Below, one piece after another: positions 46,762 through 56,586 of a stretch of DNA of 64,000 bases. The notes below the pieces were generated by a model. That model saw only the letters and a program-made list of their open reading frames with translations, was not told the origin of the DNA and did no database searches. Position 1 is the first letter of the stretch, and each line of letters opens with the position of its first letter. A program made the position numbers and the translations under genes. This DNA comes from Parcubacteria group bacterium Athens0714_12 (lineage in GTDB: Bacteria > Patescibacteriota > Patescibacteriia > UBA2591 > VMGY01), in contig VMGY01000007.1 in the NCBI GenBank assembly GCA_007378955.1, positions 8,644-72,643 of the forward strand, in the 5' to 3' direction.

Positions 46762-47259
46762 ATGTTTGCTTTTAAAAAAGCTCAAACCTTAATAGAAGTT
46801 ATCACAGTTTTGGGAATTATTACTATGGCCTTAGTGGCTATTTTATCATTAGGCGCGGCGAGTATTAATTTCAGCGGGCAAAGCAAAGAAGAGGTAATCG
46901 CCAGTAATTTAGCAAGAGAAGGGATAGAAATATTAAGAAGTTTTAGGGACGATAATTGGCTTATTAATGAAGATGCTTTTAAAAATTTGGATGATGGGTA
47001 TTGGGTAATTAATTATAATGATCCAGGGTTGGAAGATTTAGCGGATTCAAACGATATAAGCGCTTGTGCTAACTGCCAGCTTTATTTTAAAGAAGGTTTT
47101 TATAATCATGATTCCGAGGGTGTGATTACTCCTTATAAGCGCCTTATTAATATTATTACTAACGGAGATGGCAAAAAAGTGATTTCTCGAGTTTCATGGA
47201 TCGCGAAAAATCAAACCAAAAATTTTAGCTTGGAGACTTATTTAACTGATTGGCGATGA
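46762..47259 (+). CDS. minor pilin (prepilin-type N-terminus)
   Basis: MFAFKKAQTLIEVITVLGII; start moved to the internal ATG at 46762. Confidence 0.6.
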   Translation: MFAFKKAQTLIEVITVLGIITMALVAILSLGAASINFSGQSKEEVIASNLAREGIEILRSFRDDNWLINEDAFKNLDDGYWVINYNDPGLEDLADSNDISACANCQLYFKEGFYNHDSEGVITPYKRLINIITNGDGKKVISRVSWIAKNQTKNFSLETYLTDWR

Positions 47260-47819
47260 ATAAAAAAATGGGAAATCATAATTCAAAAGGTTTTACTTTG
47301 GTTGAAATGTTAATTTCAGCCGCTATTTTAGCAATCATCATTGTTAGCGCTTGCGGCATTTATTTGTCTACCGTTGGTTCGCAAAAGAAAGTAGGGCGAA
47401 TGATTAATATTTTGCAAGACGCGCAATTTGTAATGGAAAGCATGGTAAAAAGAATAAGGTCGCTGGAAATTGATTACAGCTATACTTATAATTTTGACGG
47501 AGATACGGGGATTAACGGCGATGAAGCGGAATTGGCCCTTAAAGACATGTCCAACCCTTTATTTCATTTATATTACAGGTTAAATGGGACAAAGCTGGAA
47601 CAAAATAATGGCAGCGGCTGGCTACCGGTCACGATGTCAACTATAGAAATTAATTCTTTAAAGTTTTATATTAATCCCGTAACTGATCCTTTTCGGCACA
47701 GCAGTCCGGGCAGCAAACAGCCAAGAGTTACTATTGTGATAACGATGAAGCCATTACAGGGCGAAGATTGGCTGGTTTTACAGCAGACTATTCCGCAGAG
47801 ATTCACCCAAAAAAAATAA
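47250..47819 (+). CDS. minor pilin (prepilin-type N-terminus)
   Basis: NSKGFTLVEMLISAAILAIIIV; start may be one of the downstream ATGs (47256 or 47268). Confidence 0.65.
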   Translation: MAMNKKMGNHNSKGFTLVEMLISAAILAIIIVSACGIYLSTVGSQKKVGRMINILQDAQFVMESMVKRIRSLEIDYSYTYNFDGDTGINGDEAELALKDMSNPLFHLYYRLNGTKLEQNNGSGWLPVTMSTIEINSLKFYINPVTDPFRHSSPGSKQPRVTIVITMKPLQGEDWLVLQQTIPQRFTQKK

Positions 47820-47829
47820 TAATTTAAAA

Positions 47830-48582
47830 ATGGAATTTAATAATTTAAAAATTCAACAAAAAGCATTTTCTTTATTAATGGCGATTTTGATATTAAGCAT
47901 CATGCTAACAGCTGTTTTGATAGTCAGCGATATGATGCTTCGCCAAGGGAAAATAATGAAAAATATTACTACTTCGGAAAGAGCGTATCTTGCCGCCGAA
48001 GCAGGCGCGGAAAGAACTTTATATGAAATAAATAAAGCAAGGCAGAAGAATATAAACACCGAGCTTTCAGGATGCTGGTGCGGAGTTGATTGTAATAATT
48101 GTCAGATAAATTATTCTGATAGCAATGCCCTGTGGCAGGTTATAAGCATAGTAGAGGACAAAAAAACCGTCAGCGATCCTTTAGAAGTTAGCTTGGCCGA
48201 AGGAGAATCTTTTCAGTTAAATTTAGATATGGCGGGAGCGACTTATCCTGATAAGTCTGGAGATGATTTGGTTTTTGAAAGAATATCGGGGAGCGCGGGC
48301 GGGTTGATTGTTTTTAAAGAGAATAAAAGCACCGGGGAAGTTATCCAATATGGCCCTGATAATAGCACTCCTACGAGTACGGATTTAGACATTGCTAATT
48401 ATTATTATATATTTAAAATTCGCAATCCTTTAGGTAGCGGCGAATTAATAAATTATCAAGTTAAGCCATTAGGCACTGAAAATTTAGCTGTCGGTGTAAC
48501 CGCGATTATTTCTTCTGTTTATAAGGGAGTTGAGCGGAGAATTGAAACTAATAATTCAAAATGGCAGATTTACGGGCAATAG
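47830..48582 (+). CDS. pilin-like / PilX-like protein
   Basis: Hydrophobic N-terminal helix QQKAFSLLMAILILSIML (degenerate prepilin motif), position in the minor-pilin cluster. Confidence 0.45.
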   Translation: MEFNNLKIQQKAFSLLMAILILSIMLTAVLIVSDMMLRQGKIMKNITTSERAYLAAEAGAERTLYEINKARQKNINTELSGCWCGVDCNNCQINYSDSNALWQVISIVEDKKTVSDPLEVSLAEGESFQLNLDMAGATYPDKSGDDLVFERISGSAGGLIVFKENKSTGEVIQYGPDNSTPTSTDLDIANYYYIFKIRNPLGSGELINYQVKPLGTENLAVGVTAIISSVYKGVERRIETNNSKWQIYGQ

Positions 48583-48607
48583 TTGGCCGCCTTTAAAATT
48601 TATTACT

Positions 48608-48740
48608 TTGAATTACGAAACACTTAAAACTAAACCGTCATTGCGAGCGAGCCAGCAAGTATGCGAAGCAGGAATTTCGTCAAAAGCGAAATTATTTAAT
48701 AGGGCGAGCAATGACACCTTTGGAGCGTTTCGTAATTCAA
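48608..48740. repeat. about 130-bp composite palindromic element: outer arms ttgaattacgaaacac / gcgtttcgtaattcaa, inner arms ccgtcattgcgagcgagcc / gggcgagcaatgacacc, central hairpin gaatttcg...cgaaatt
   Basis: Nested inverted repeats read directly; shares outer arms with 8089-8156 and the GTCATTGCGAG motif with the 58102/62037/63937 repeats. Confidence 0.6.
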
Positions 48741-48777
48741 GGTTATTAAGAAATTAAAATTAATTAATTTTATCAAT

Positions 48778-50211
48778 ATGCGCAAAAAAATTGTATTTTT
48801 GGCTGGCATCTTTCTTTTTACAGCCGTGATTTTAGGTTTGTTTTATTACTATGGTTTTTTAAATTTTTCCGGAAATGAAGCGCGGGCGGTTTCCACGGAT
48901 AATACCATCGGCTGGGCCTGGAGCGAAAATATCGGCTGGATTTCTATGAATTGCTATAATGATTTTGATGGCAATGGTACTTTAGAAACTCATGCGAGCA
49001 ATCCTAACTGTAGTAATTCTATCTATGGAGTAAATATTGATTTAATAAATGGACCGGTTACTGGTTATGCTTGGAGTAAAAATATCGGCTGGATTAGTTT
49101 TAATTCATTAGATTTAACTGGTTGTCCGGTTGGTACTTGCGAGGCAAGAGTTAATTTAGGAACTAAAGCGCTTTCCGGCTGGGCAAAAATTTTAAATTTA
49201 GGAGAAAATGGCTGGTTGAGGTTACAGGGGCCTGTGGTTGCGGCGCCTGCTAGTTATGCTTTGTGTCGGAATTGTATGGGAGGCAATTGCGATTTTTGTT
49301 ATGAGTTAAGCGCTAATAGTGGAAGCGGAAAAATAGGAACCGCGTGTAGTTCTTGCGCTGGCACGCCTCCATCTTGTGGTAGTTGTAGTAATATTTATCA
49401 ATACGGGGTTTCTGCTTTACCTTACTCAATTAAAGATTTGGGAAATAGATATGTTTTAGAGGGCTGGGCTTGGAACGGGGAAAAGGACGCGGCAGTTTCT
49501 GAAAAACCTATTGGCTGGATTCATTTTAATTATGCTTACGCGAATGAAAATCTTCCTTTTAGTTTTAATAGTTTTACTGCCACGCCTTCCCAAGTTCCCC
49601 CTCCCAGCGCTTGCATCAGCGCGGATTTAAGTTGGGAGCTCGCTTCCTGGTCTACTGGCTATGAAATAAAGAAAGCGGATAATAGCGGTTTAGGTTATAA
49701 TGTTTCGCAAAATTGCGGCGCCTTGCCAGCCGGCGATTACTCCACGATTATTCCGGTTAATCTTTCAAATTGCAGCGCTATTAGCTGTTTATACCAAGAT
49801 TCTACTTTAAGAGAAAATAGATATTATTGTTATAAAGTTTTTGCCCTTAATGACAGTGGTTTAATAGAAAATACCGATGGTCCTAAACAAGTGAAAACGC
49901 CTCTTTGCGCGCCTTCTAATTTAACTGCTATTGAGACAATTTGCGGCGAGATTACTTTAAACTGGAGTGATAAAGCCGAAGAGACTGGTTATAAAGTTTA
50001 TCATAGTCTCGCGGATACGGATTCTACTTCCACGGCTACTTTAATTGCCACTTTAGGAGCGAATATTATCTCCTATAAAGATGAAGATATAATTCCGCGT
50101 AAGACTTATTATTATTTACTTACAGCTTTGACTAACACTGATGAATCCCCGCCTTCAAAAATTTCCGCCGAAACTCTTTGTTACAAAGGCGCGGAATGGG
50201 AAGAAAAATAA
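48778..50211 (+). CDS. secreted Cys-rich protein with internal NIGWIS(M/F)N repeats and a C-terminal FN3-like region; candidate pilus-associated adhesin
   Basis: N-terminal TM/signal; repeats ENIGWISMNCYN, KNIGWISFNSLD, KPIGWIHFNYAY; location after the minor pilins. Confidence 0.4.
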   Translation: MRKKIVFLAGIFLFTAVILGLFYYYGFLNFSGNEARAVSTDNTIGWAWSENIGWISMNCYNDFDGNGTLETHASNPNCSNSIYGVNIDLINGPVTGYAWSKNIGWISFNSLDLTGCPVGTCEARVNLGTKALSGWAKILNLGENGWLRLQGPVVAAPASYALCRNCMGGNCDFCYELSANSGSGKIGTACSSCAGTPPSCGSCSNIYQYGVSALPYSIKDLGNRYVLEGWAWNGEKDAAVSEKPIGWIHFNYAYANENLPFSFNSFTATPSQVPPPSACISADLSWELASWSTGYEIKKADNSGLGYNVSQNCGALPAGDYSTIIPVNLSNCSAISCLYQDSTLRENRYYCYKVFALNDSGLIENTDGPKQVKTPLCAPSNLTAIETICGEITLNWSDKAEETGYKVYHSLADTDSTSTATLIATLGANIISYKDEDIIPRKTYYYLLTALTNTDESPPSKISAETLCYKGAEWEEK

Positions 50212-50276
50212 TAAATATAATTATTTTTAAAAAACCTCCTCAAAAAGGAGGTTTTTTGTTATAATAAAAGAAAAAT

Positions 50277-52286
50277 ATGTTAAAGCAAGAAGCAAAACAA
50301 CGAATAGAAAAATTAAAAAAAGAAATTAATCACCATCGCTATTTATATCATGTTTTAGACAAACAGGAGATCAGCGAGGCGGCTTTGGATTCTCTAAAAC
50401 ATGAACTTTATAAATTAGAGCAACAATACCCGGAATTTATCACTCCTGATTCACCAACTCAAAGAGTGGGCGGCCAGCCGTTAAAGGAATTTAAAAAAGT
50501 AGAGCATAAAATCAGGATGCTTTCTTTGCAGGATGTTTTTGACGAGCAAGAAATTGAAGATTGGCAAAAGAGAATTAAAAAATTAATTCCTAATGAAAAA
50601 TTGGATTATTACGCGGAGGTAAAAATGGACGGCTTGGCCGTAAGCTTGATTTACAAAAAAGGAATTTTTTTTCAAGGCTCAACCAGAGGCAATGGAATTA
50701 TCGGCGAAGATATCACTCAAAATCTTAAAGTGATTGAAGCCATACCCTTGAAATTAGAAACAGAAAATTTTTTTAAAGAAATGAAAAAAAACCTTCCGGA
50801 AGAAATAGAAATCAGGGGCGAAGTTTTTATGAGTAAAAAAAGTTTTGGAGAATTGAATAAAATTCAGAAAAAAAATAATCAGCCGCTTTTTGCCAATCCA
50901 AGAAATGCCGCCGCCGGCTCTTTAAGGCAATTGGATTCCAAAATTGTTCTTTCCCGTAAATTGGATTTTTACGCTTATGATTTGGTTGCTGATTTAAGCC
51001 AAAAGACGCATCAAGAAAGCCATCAATTGGCAAAGTTGCTCGGCGTTAAGGTAAATCCTGAAAGCAGATATTGCCGCGACTTAACGGATGTCGCGGAGTA
51101 TTATCGTTATATCGGAAAAATAAGGCAAAATTTGCCATATTTGACAGATGGCATCGTGGTTAATGTTAATAATATTTTTCTCTTTAAAAAATTAGGCATC
51201 GTGGGAAAGGCGCCAAGAGCCGCTGTTGCCTTTAAATATCCCGCCGAGCAAGCAACCACCATCGTGGAGGATATTATCATTCAAATAGGCCGGACCGGCG
51301 CTTTGACTCCGGTGGCTATTTTAGAGCCGGTGAAAGTGGCCGGTTCCACGGTTTCCCGCGCCACTTTACATAATGAAGATGAAATTAATCGTTTGGGAAT
51401 AAAAATAGGCGATAGCGTCATTGTCCAAAAAGCAGGCGACGTTATTCCTGATATCGTCAAAGTCTTGCTTAATTTAAGAACAGGCAAAGAAAAAAAATTC
51501 AAATTTCCCAGCCAATGTCCGGTTTGCGGCAGCGCGGTCATCAGAAAAAAAGGCGAAGTCGCCCATTATTGCGCTAATAAAAATTGTTTCGCCCAAAATA
51601 AAGAAAATCTTTATCATTTTGTTTCAAAAAGCGCTTTTGATATCAAACATTTGGGCCCGAAAATCATAGACAAACTTTTAGAAAATGGATTAATTGAAGA
51701 CGCGGCGGATATTTTTAAATTAAAACGAGGCGACCTTGAGCCGATAGAAAGGTTCGCGGAAAAATCGGCTGTTAATTTGATAGAAGCGATTAATCAAAGC
51801 GGAAAAATTTCTTTGGCGCGTTTAATTTACGCTTTGGGTATCAGGCACATAGGCGAGGAAACAGCTATTGATTTGGCCGATTATTTCGGTTCTTTGGAAA
51901 AAATAAAAAACGCGGGCGAGGAAGAATTGAAATCAGTTCAAAGTGTCGGCGAGGTGATGGCGAAAAGCATTTATGAATGGTTTAGGGATAAAAAGAATTC
52001 GCGATTATTGGATAAATTATCAAGAGAGATAGAAATAGAAAATATAAAAGTTAAAAAATTAAAATTAAAAGGAAAAATTTTTGTTTTAACCGGCAACTTG
52101 CAAAGCATGACCCGCGAAGAAGCAAAAAATAAAATCAGAGATTTGGGCGGCGAGATTTCTTCTTCGGCGGGCAAAAACACTGATTTTGCGGTGGCAGGCG
52201 CGGAACCGGGTTCCAAATACGAGAAAGCGGAACGGCTTGGCGTAAAAATAATTGGCGAAAAAGAGTTTCTTGATATATTAAAGTAA
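50277..52286 (+). CDS. ligA: NAD-dependent DNA ligase
   Basis: KxDG adenylation motif (EVKMDGLAVSL), Zn finger CPVCGS...C, HhH and BRCT regions. Confidence 0.92.
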   Translation: MLKQEAKQRIEKLKKEINHHRYLYHVLDKQEISEAALDSLKHELYKLEQQYPEFITPDSPTQRVGGQPLKEFKKVEHKIRMLSLQDVFDEQEIEDWQKRIKKLIPNEKLDYYAEVKMDGLAVSLIYKKGIFFQGSTRGNGIIGEDITQNLKVIEAIPLKLETENFFKEMKKNLPEEIEIRGEVFMSKKSFGELNKIQKKNNQPLFANPRNAAAGSLRQLDSKIVLSRKLDFYAYDLVADLSQKTHQESHQLAKLLGVKVNPESRYCRDLTDVAEYYRYIGKIRQNLPYLTDGIVVNVNNIFLFKKLGIVGKAPRAAVAFKYPAEQATTIVEDIIIQIGRTGALTPVAILEPVKVAGSTVSRATLHNEDEINRLGIKIGDSVIVQKAGDVIPDIVKVLLNLRTGKEKKFKFPSQCPVCGSAVIRKKGEVAHYCANKNCFAQNKENLYHFVSKSAFDIKHLGPKIIDKLLENGLIEDAADIFKLKRGDLEPIERFAEKSAVNLIEAINQSGKISLARLIYALGIRHIGEETAIDLADYFGSLEKIKNAGEEELKSVQSVGEVMAKSIYEWFRDKKNSRLLDKLSREIEIENIKVKKLKLKGKIFVLTGNLQSMTREEAKNKIRDLGGEISSSAGKNTDFAVAGAEPGSKYEKAERLGVKIIGEKEFLDILK

Positions 52287-52377
52287 AAAATACAGGATTT
52301 ATTTATAGTAAGACAGACGAAATTTATCGCCAGAACTTCGATTTGGCTACGGACAAAATTAAGAATAAAAATAATAA

Positions 52378-52405
52378 AAATGCCGGTTTTTAACGGCATT
52401 TTTTG
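52378..52405 (+). terminator. putative rho-independent terminator after ligA (aatgccg gtttttaa cggcatt + T-run)
   Basis: 7-bp stem plus T5. Confidence 0.5.
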
Positions 52406-52536
52406 GGGAGTGGGAATTTTTTTAAGCAAAGGTCTTTTGCTGCGTTCCCACTCCCTTTTTACTAAGGAGGTATATTTAAAAATACTTTATTACGGGGGAT
52501 TTGTCAAGACTTATTTTTTATATTATACTTTAATTT

Positions 52537-52818
52537 ATGCTTACGATTCAAATAGTTGAATATATCGCTAAATTAGCCCGTTTGGGCCTGAATAAAAAAG
52601 AAAAAGAAAAATTCGGGGAACAGCTTTCCAAAATTTTGGATTTTGTCGAGCAATTGCAAAAAGTAGAAGTTAAAAATATAGAGCCAATCGCCCAAATTAC
52701 AGGTTTGGAAAATAGAGAAAGAATTGATGAAGTGGAGCAATTTGCCGGTGAAAAAAAATTATTAGATTTAGCTCCTGATACGGATAACGGTTATTTTAAA
52801 ATTAAAACCGTTTTTTGA
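52537..52818 (+). CDS. gatC: Asp-tRNA(Asn)/Glu-tRNA(Gln) amidotransferase subunit C
   Basis: 93 aa GatC-like sequence (VEYIAKLARLGL...). Confidence 0.85.
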   Translation: MLTIQIVEYIAKLARLGLNKKEKEKFGEQLSKILDFVEQLQKVEVKNIEPIAQITGLENRERIDEVEQFAGEKKLLDLAPDTDNGYFKIKTVF

Positions 52819-52874
52819 TTTATTTGTCTAAATTTTTAAAATTGTTTTAGTGGCTAAAAAATAGTAATAAATTC

Positions 52875-54305
52875 ATGATGTTAAATAAATTGACAATTAA
52901 ACAAGCCCATCAAGGCCTGATTGATAAAAAATTTTCCAGTTTAGAATTGACCGAAGATTGTTTATCGGAAATTAAAAAAAGAAATAAAAAAATTAATGCT
53001 TTTATCTCTATTGATTCGGATTTAGCTTTGGAAAAAGCAAAAGAAGCGGATAAAAAAATCGGGCAAGGAGTTGAAATTGGTGTCTTGGAAGGCATTCCTT
53101 TGGCGATTAAAGATAATATTTTAATAGAAGGAATAAAAACGACGGCTGGTTCCAAGATTTTGGAAAATTATATCGCTCCTTATGACGCGACCGTGATAAA
53201 AAAGTTGAAAAACGCCGGCGCTATTTTTTTAGGAAAAACAAATATGGACGAATTCGCCATGGGGTCAAGCACGGAAAACTCTTATTTCGGTCCGACAAAA
53301 AATCCCAGGGATTTGGAGCGCGTGCCCGGAGGCAGTTCAGGCGGCAGCGCGGCCGCGGTCGCGGCGAATTTTTGTTTGGGCGCTTTGGGGTCTGACACAG
53401 GCGGCAGTATCAGACAGCCGGCTTCTTTTTGCGGCATAGTCGGCTTTAAGCCCACTTACGGCTGTGTTTCAAGATATGGCTTGATGGCAATGGCGTCTTC
53501 TTTGGACCAAATCGGGCCTTTAACAAAAAATGTGGAAGACGCGGAAATTTTATTTCATGAAATTAAAGGGAGAGACGGCAAAGATTCAACAAGCATTGAA
53601 TTAAATTCAAAACTTGAAATTAAAAACAAATTCAAAGTCCAAGGCATTAAAATCGGAATTCCTAAAGAATATTTTATAAAGGGAATGGATAAAGAAGTTG
53701 AAGAAACATTAAAAAAAGCGATTAAAAAATTTGAAAATTTGGGGGCGAAAATAGAAAAAGTCAGTTTGCCTCATACTGATTACGCTTTGGCTTGTTATTA
53801 TATTATTATGCCTTCCGAGGTGAGTTCTAATTTAGCCCGTTATGACGGTATAAAATACGGCTATTCGGCGAAAGAAAAAATAAAAGATTTGCTTGATGTC
53901 TATTTGCGGTCAAGAGAAAAGGGCTTTGGCGATGAAGCGAGAAGAAGAATAATGCTGGGAACTTATTCTTTGTCTTCGGGATATTATGAAGCGTATTACT
54001 TGCAAGCGCAGAAAATTCGTGCTTTAATTAAAAAAGATTTTGTTCAGGTTTTTAATAAAGTTGATTGTTTAATCGCGCCCACTTCTCCCACTATTGCCTT
54101 TAAAATAGGAGAAAAAATTGACGACCCTTTAAAAATGTATCTTTCGGATATTTTTACGATTTCCGCCAATTTAGCCGGTTTGCCGGCAATATCTCTGCCG
54201 TGCGGCTTGGTTAATAATTTGCCGGCGGGATTGCAAATAATCGGAAATCAATTTGAAGATGAAAAAGTTTTGGCAATCGCCGATATTTATGAACGGTCTG
54301 AATAA
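52875..54305 (+). CDS. gatA: Asp-tRNA(Asn)/Glu-tRNA(Gln) amidotransferase subunit A
   Basis: Amidase signature GGSSGGSAAAVAA, 476 aa. Confidence 0.92.
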   Translation: MMLNKLTIKQAHQGLIDKKFSSLELTEDCLSEIKKRNKKINAFISIDSDLALEKAKEADKKIGQGVEIGVLEGIPLAIKDNILIEGIKTTAGSKILENYIAPYDATVIKKLKNAGAIFLGKTNMDEFAMGSSTENSYFGPTKNPRDLERVPGGSSGGSAAAVAANFCLGALGSDTGGSIRQPASFCGIVGFKPTYGCVSRYGLMAMASSLDQIGPLTKNVEDAEILFHEIKGRDGKDSTSIELNSKLEIKNKFKVQGIKIGIPKEYFIKGMDKEVEETLKKAIKKFENLGAKIEKVSLPHTDYALACYYIIMPSEVSSNLARYDGIKYGYSAKEKIKDLLDVYLRSREKGFGDEARRRIMLGTYSLSSGYYEAYYLQAQKIRALIKKDFVQVFNKVDCLIAPTSPTIAFKIGEKIDDPLKMYLSDIFTISANLAGLPAISLPCGLVNNLPAGLQIIGNQFEDEKVLAIADIYERSE

Positions 54306-54332
54306 TTTAATAATTTTAATAAAATAAATTTT

Positions 54333-54938
54333 ATGACAGAAAACAACCAGACAAAATTTTCCTCAAAATCAAATTTCTTTTTTGGTTTTTTCGCGGGCTT
54401 AGCCATTTTCAGTTTAATTGGTTTTCTAAGCCTGTCTTTTGCCTTTAAGAAAGCCAATAACCAATCAACAATTGGTAAAGAAAATCAAGAAACCAATCAA
54501 GATAATAGCCAGCAAGAAGTAAGTCAAGGACCTAAAATTATCAGCAGTATAGGCACATTTGGCGAGGTTGAAAGCGAAATTTGCAAAGACGGAGACAAAC
54601 CAATAATCAGATTATTTTCTTCCACTACCTGTCCCCATTGCGTTTGGATAAAGAAAACTTTTGACAAAGTCGCCAAAGAATATGTTGGCACAGGCAAGAT
54701 TAAAGCTTACCATTGGGAGCTTGACCAGCAAGACAATACCTTGACTGAAGAAAAAGAAACGCAAATTCCCGATTCAGAAATTAAAATTCTTACGGATTTT
54801 AATCCCGAAGGATATGTCCCGGTTTTTATTTTTGGCTGCAAATATTTCAGAATTGGCACTGGCTATGAAAGAGAAAATGATTTAGCCAAGGAAGAAGCGG
54901 AATTTAAAGAAATAATTGACGAACTTTTAAAATCATAA
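54333..54938 (+). CDS. membrane-anchored thioredoxin-fold protein
   Basis: N-terminal TM helix; TCPHC active-site motif. Confidence 0.55.
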   Translation: MTENNQTKFSSKSNFFFGFFAGLAIFSLIGFLSLSFAFKKANNQSTIGKENQETNQDNSQQEVSQGPKIISSIGTFGEVESEICKDGDKPIIRLFSSTTCPHCVWIKKTFDKVAKEYVGTGKIKAYHWELDQQDNTLTEEKETQIPDSEIKILTDFNPEGYVPVFIFGCKYFRIGTGYERENDLAKEEAEFKEIIDELLKS

Positions 54939-54948
54939 TCAAGCATAT

Positions 54949-55794
54949 TTGTTTATGCTGAATTTTTTTCATACCTATAATCCATCGCCGATAATCTTTC
55001 AAATCAGCAGAATAGCTTTTTATTGGTATGGCTTATTTATGATTTTGGGAATGCTATTCGGTTTATTTGTAATTTTAAAATTAGCCAAACTATATAAAAT
55101 TGAAAAAGAGAGAGTTTTAGACCTCTCTTTTTTGTTGATTATTTTTGGCATTATCGGCGCCAGATTATTCGCCATTTTTTATTATTGGGATTATTTTTGT
55201 AAATATCCTTTGGACGCGTTTAAAATTTGGCAAGGCGGATTGAGTATTCATGGCGCCATCATCGCCGGCATAATAGTTTTATTTTTTCATTTTAAGCGCC
55301 ACAAAGATTCTTTTTGGCTTTTGGCCGATCTGATTGTCCCAGGCTTAATTTTAGGTCAGGCGATAGGCAGATGGGGTAATTACTTTAATCAAGAATTATA
55401 CGGAAAGCCAACCTCTTTATTTTTTGGAATACCCATTAGTTTGGCGAATAGAGTTTTTGGTTATGAAAGTTTTAATTATTTTCATCCCGCGTTTTTGTAT
55501 GAATCAGCTTTAAATTTAATCATTTTCGCCGTTCTAATTTATTTACACAAAAGAAGGCTGAAAAATAATAAAAAAACAGGAGAAAATATTTATGGCGGCA
55601 TTTTTTTGGCTTATTTGATTTTATATTCCGTTAATAGATTTTTCCTTGAATTTTTAAGAATTGATATCCAGCCGGCATTTTTGAGCCTGCGTTTCGCGCA
55701 GTGGATAAGTTTATTGATTGTCGCGATTAGTTCTGTTATAATTATTAATAGGTGCCCCATGCTTTTTGTCTCTAAAAAAGGTCACAAATCCTAA
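54949..55794 (+). CDS. lgt: prolipoprotein diacylglyceryl transferase
   Basis: GRWGNYFNQELYG signature, polytopic membrane protein. Confidence 0.85.
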   Translation: MFMLNFFHTYNPSPIIFQISRIAFYWYGLFMILGMLFGLFVILKLAKLYKIEKERVLDLSFLLIIFGIIGARLFAIFYYWDYFCKYPLDAFKIWQGGLSIHGAIIAGIIVLFFHFKRHKDSFWLLADLIVPGLILGQAIGRWGNYFNQELYGKPTSLFFGIPISLANRVFGYESFNYFHPAFLYESALNLIIFAVLIYLHKRRLKNNKKTGENIYGGIFLAYLILYSVNRFFLEFLRIDIQPAFLSLRFAQWISLLIVAISSVIIINRCPMLFVSKKGHKS

Positions 55795-55863
55795 GCCATA
55801 ATGGCTGGATAAAAAGATCGAATTAGTATTGCAAAAAGAATCTAAGAAAAGACTTAAAAAAAC

Positions 55864-55896
55864 AAAAACCAGTCGTTAAAACGACTGGTTTTTTTG
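55864..55896 (+). terminator. rho-independent terminator after lgt (aaaaaccagtcgt taaa acgactggttttttt)
   Basis: Stem plus T7. Confidence 0.75.
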
Positions 55897-55938
55897 TTGC
55901 GCGTTTATCGTATACTAATTCGTATAATTAAATATTAA

Positions 55939-56016
55939 TGGCGCAGCGGACGGGATTCGAACCCGCGATCTCCGCCGTGACAGGGCGGCGCTTTAAGCCA
56001 GCTAAGCTACCGCTGC
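55939..56016 (-). tRNA. tRNA-Asp (anticodon GTC)
   Basis: Manual fold: acceptor gcagcgg/ccgctgc, anticodon stem ccgcc/ggcgg with loop ctGTCac, T-loop ttcgaat, encoded CCA. Confidence 0.85.
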
Positions 56017-56018
56017 TT

Positions 56019-56381
56019 TTAGGTTTTTAAATAATCTTGTTTGGCAAATTCAATAATTTTATTGAAAACAACAGGATTATTTTCAGCTAAGTCGGCTAAT
56101 ATTTTTCTGTCCAATTTAATTTTAGCTTTTTTTATTCCACCGATTAATTTGCTGTAACTTAATCCTTGTTCTCGGCCGGCGGCATTGATTTTAATCAGCC
56201 ATAAGTTCCTTGATTCTCTTTTTTTATTTTTTCTATCGCGATAGGCGTAGACACCCGCCTTTAAAACAGCTATTCTTGCTAATTTAATTTTATTTTTTCT
56301 TCCGCTGCGATAGCCTTTAGCCGCTTTTAGGAGCTTATTTCTTTTTTTAAGATGAATTTTACCTCTTTTTACTCTTGGCAT
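56019..56381 (-). CDS. rplT: 50S ribosomal protein L20
   Basis: MPRVKRG... typical L20 N-terminus. Confidence 0.9.
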   Translation of the reverse strand: MPRVKRGKIHLKKRNKLLKAAKGYRSGRKNKIKLARIAVLKAGVYAYRDRKNKKRESRNLWLIKINAAGREQGLSYSKLIGGIKKAKIKLDRKILADLAENNPVVFNKIIEFAKQDYLKT

Positions 56382-56401
56382 AATATTATATTAATTTGAG
56401 T

Positions 56402-56584
56402 CTATTTGATATAAGTTTTAACGGTTTTTTCAAAAGATTTTGATAATTTTTGGGGCTGGCGTTTTTTAAGAATAATTTTTCCCGCTTTTCTGGACCTAAA
56501 ATGATCCTGTCCGCAAAAGCGATGGATGACTTTTTTATTTTTGGTTATCCTAAATCTTTTTTTGATTGTTTTTGAACTTTTCAT
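56402..56584 (-). CDS. rpmI: 50S ribosomal protein L35
   Basis: 60 aa basic protein; KKRFRITKNKKVIHR pattern; infC-rpmI-rplT synteny. Confidence 0.85.
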   Translation of the reverse strand: MKSSKTIKKRFRITKNKKVIHRFCGQDHFRSRKAGKIILKKRQPQKLSKSFEKTVKTYIK

Positions 56585-56586
56585 AA

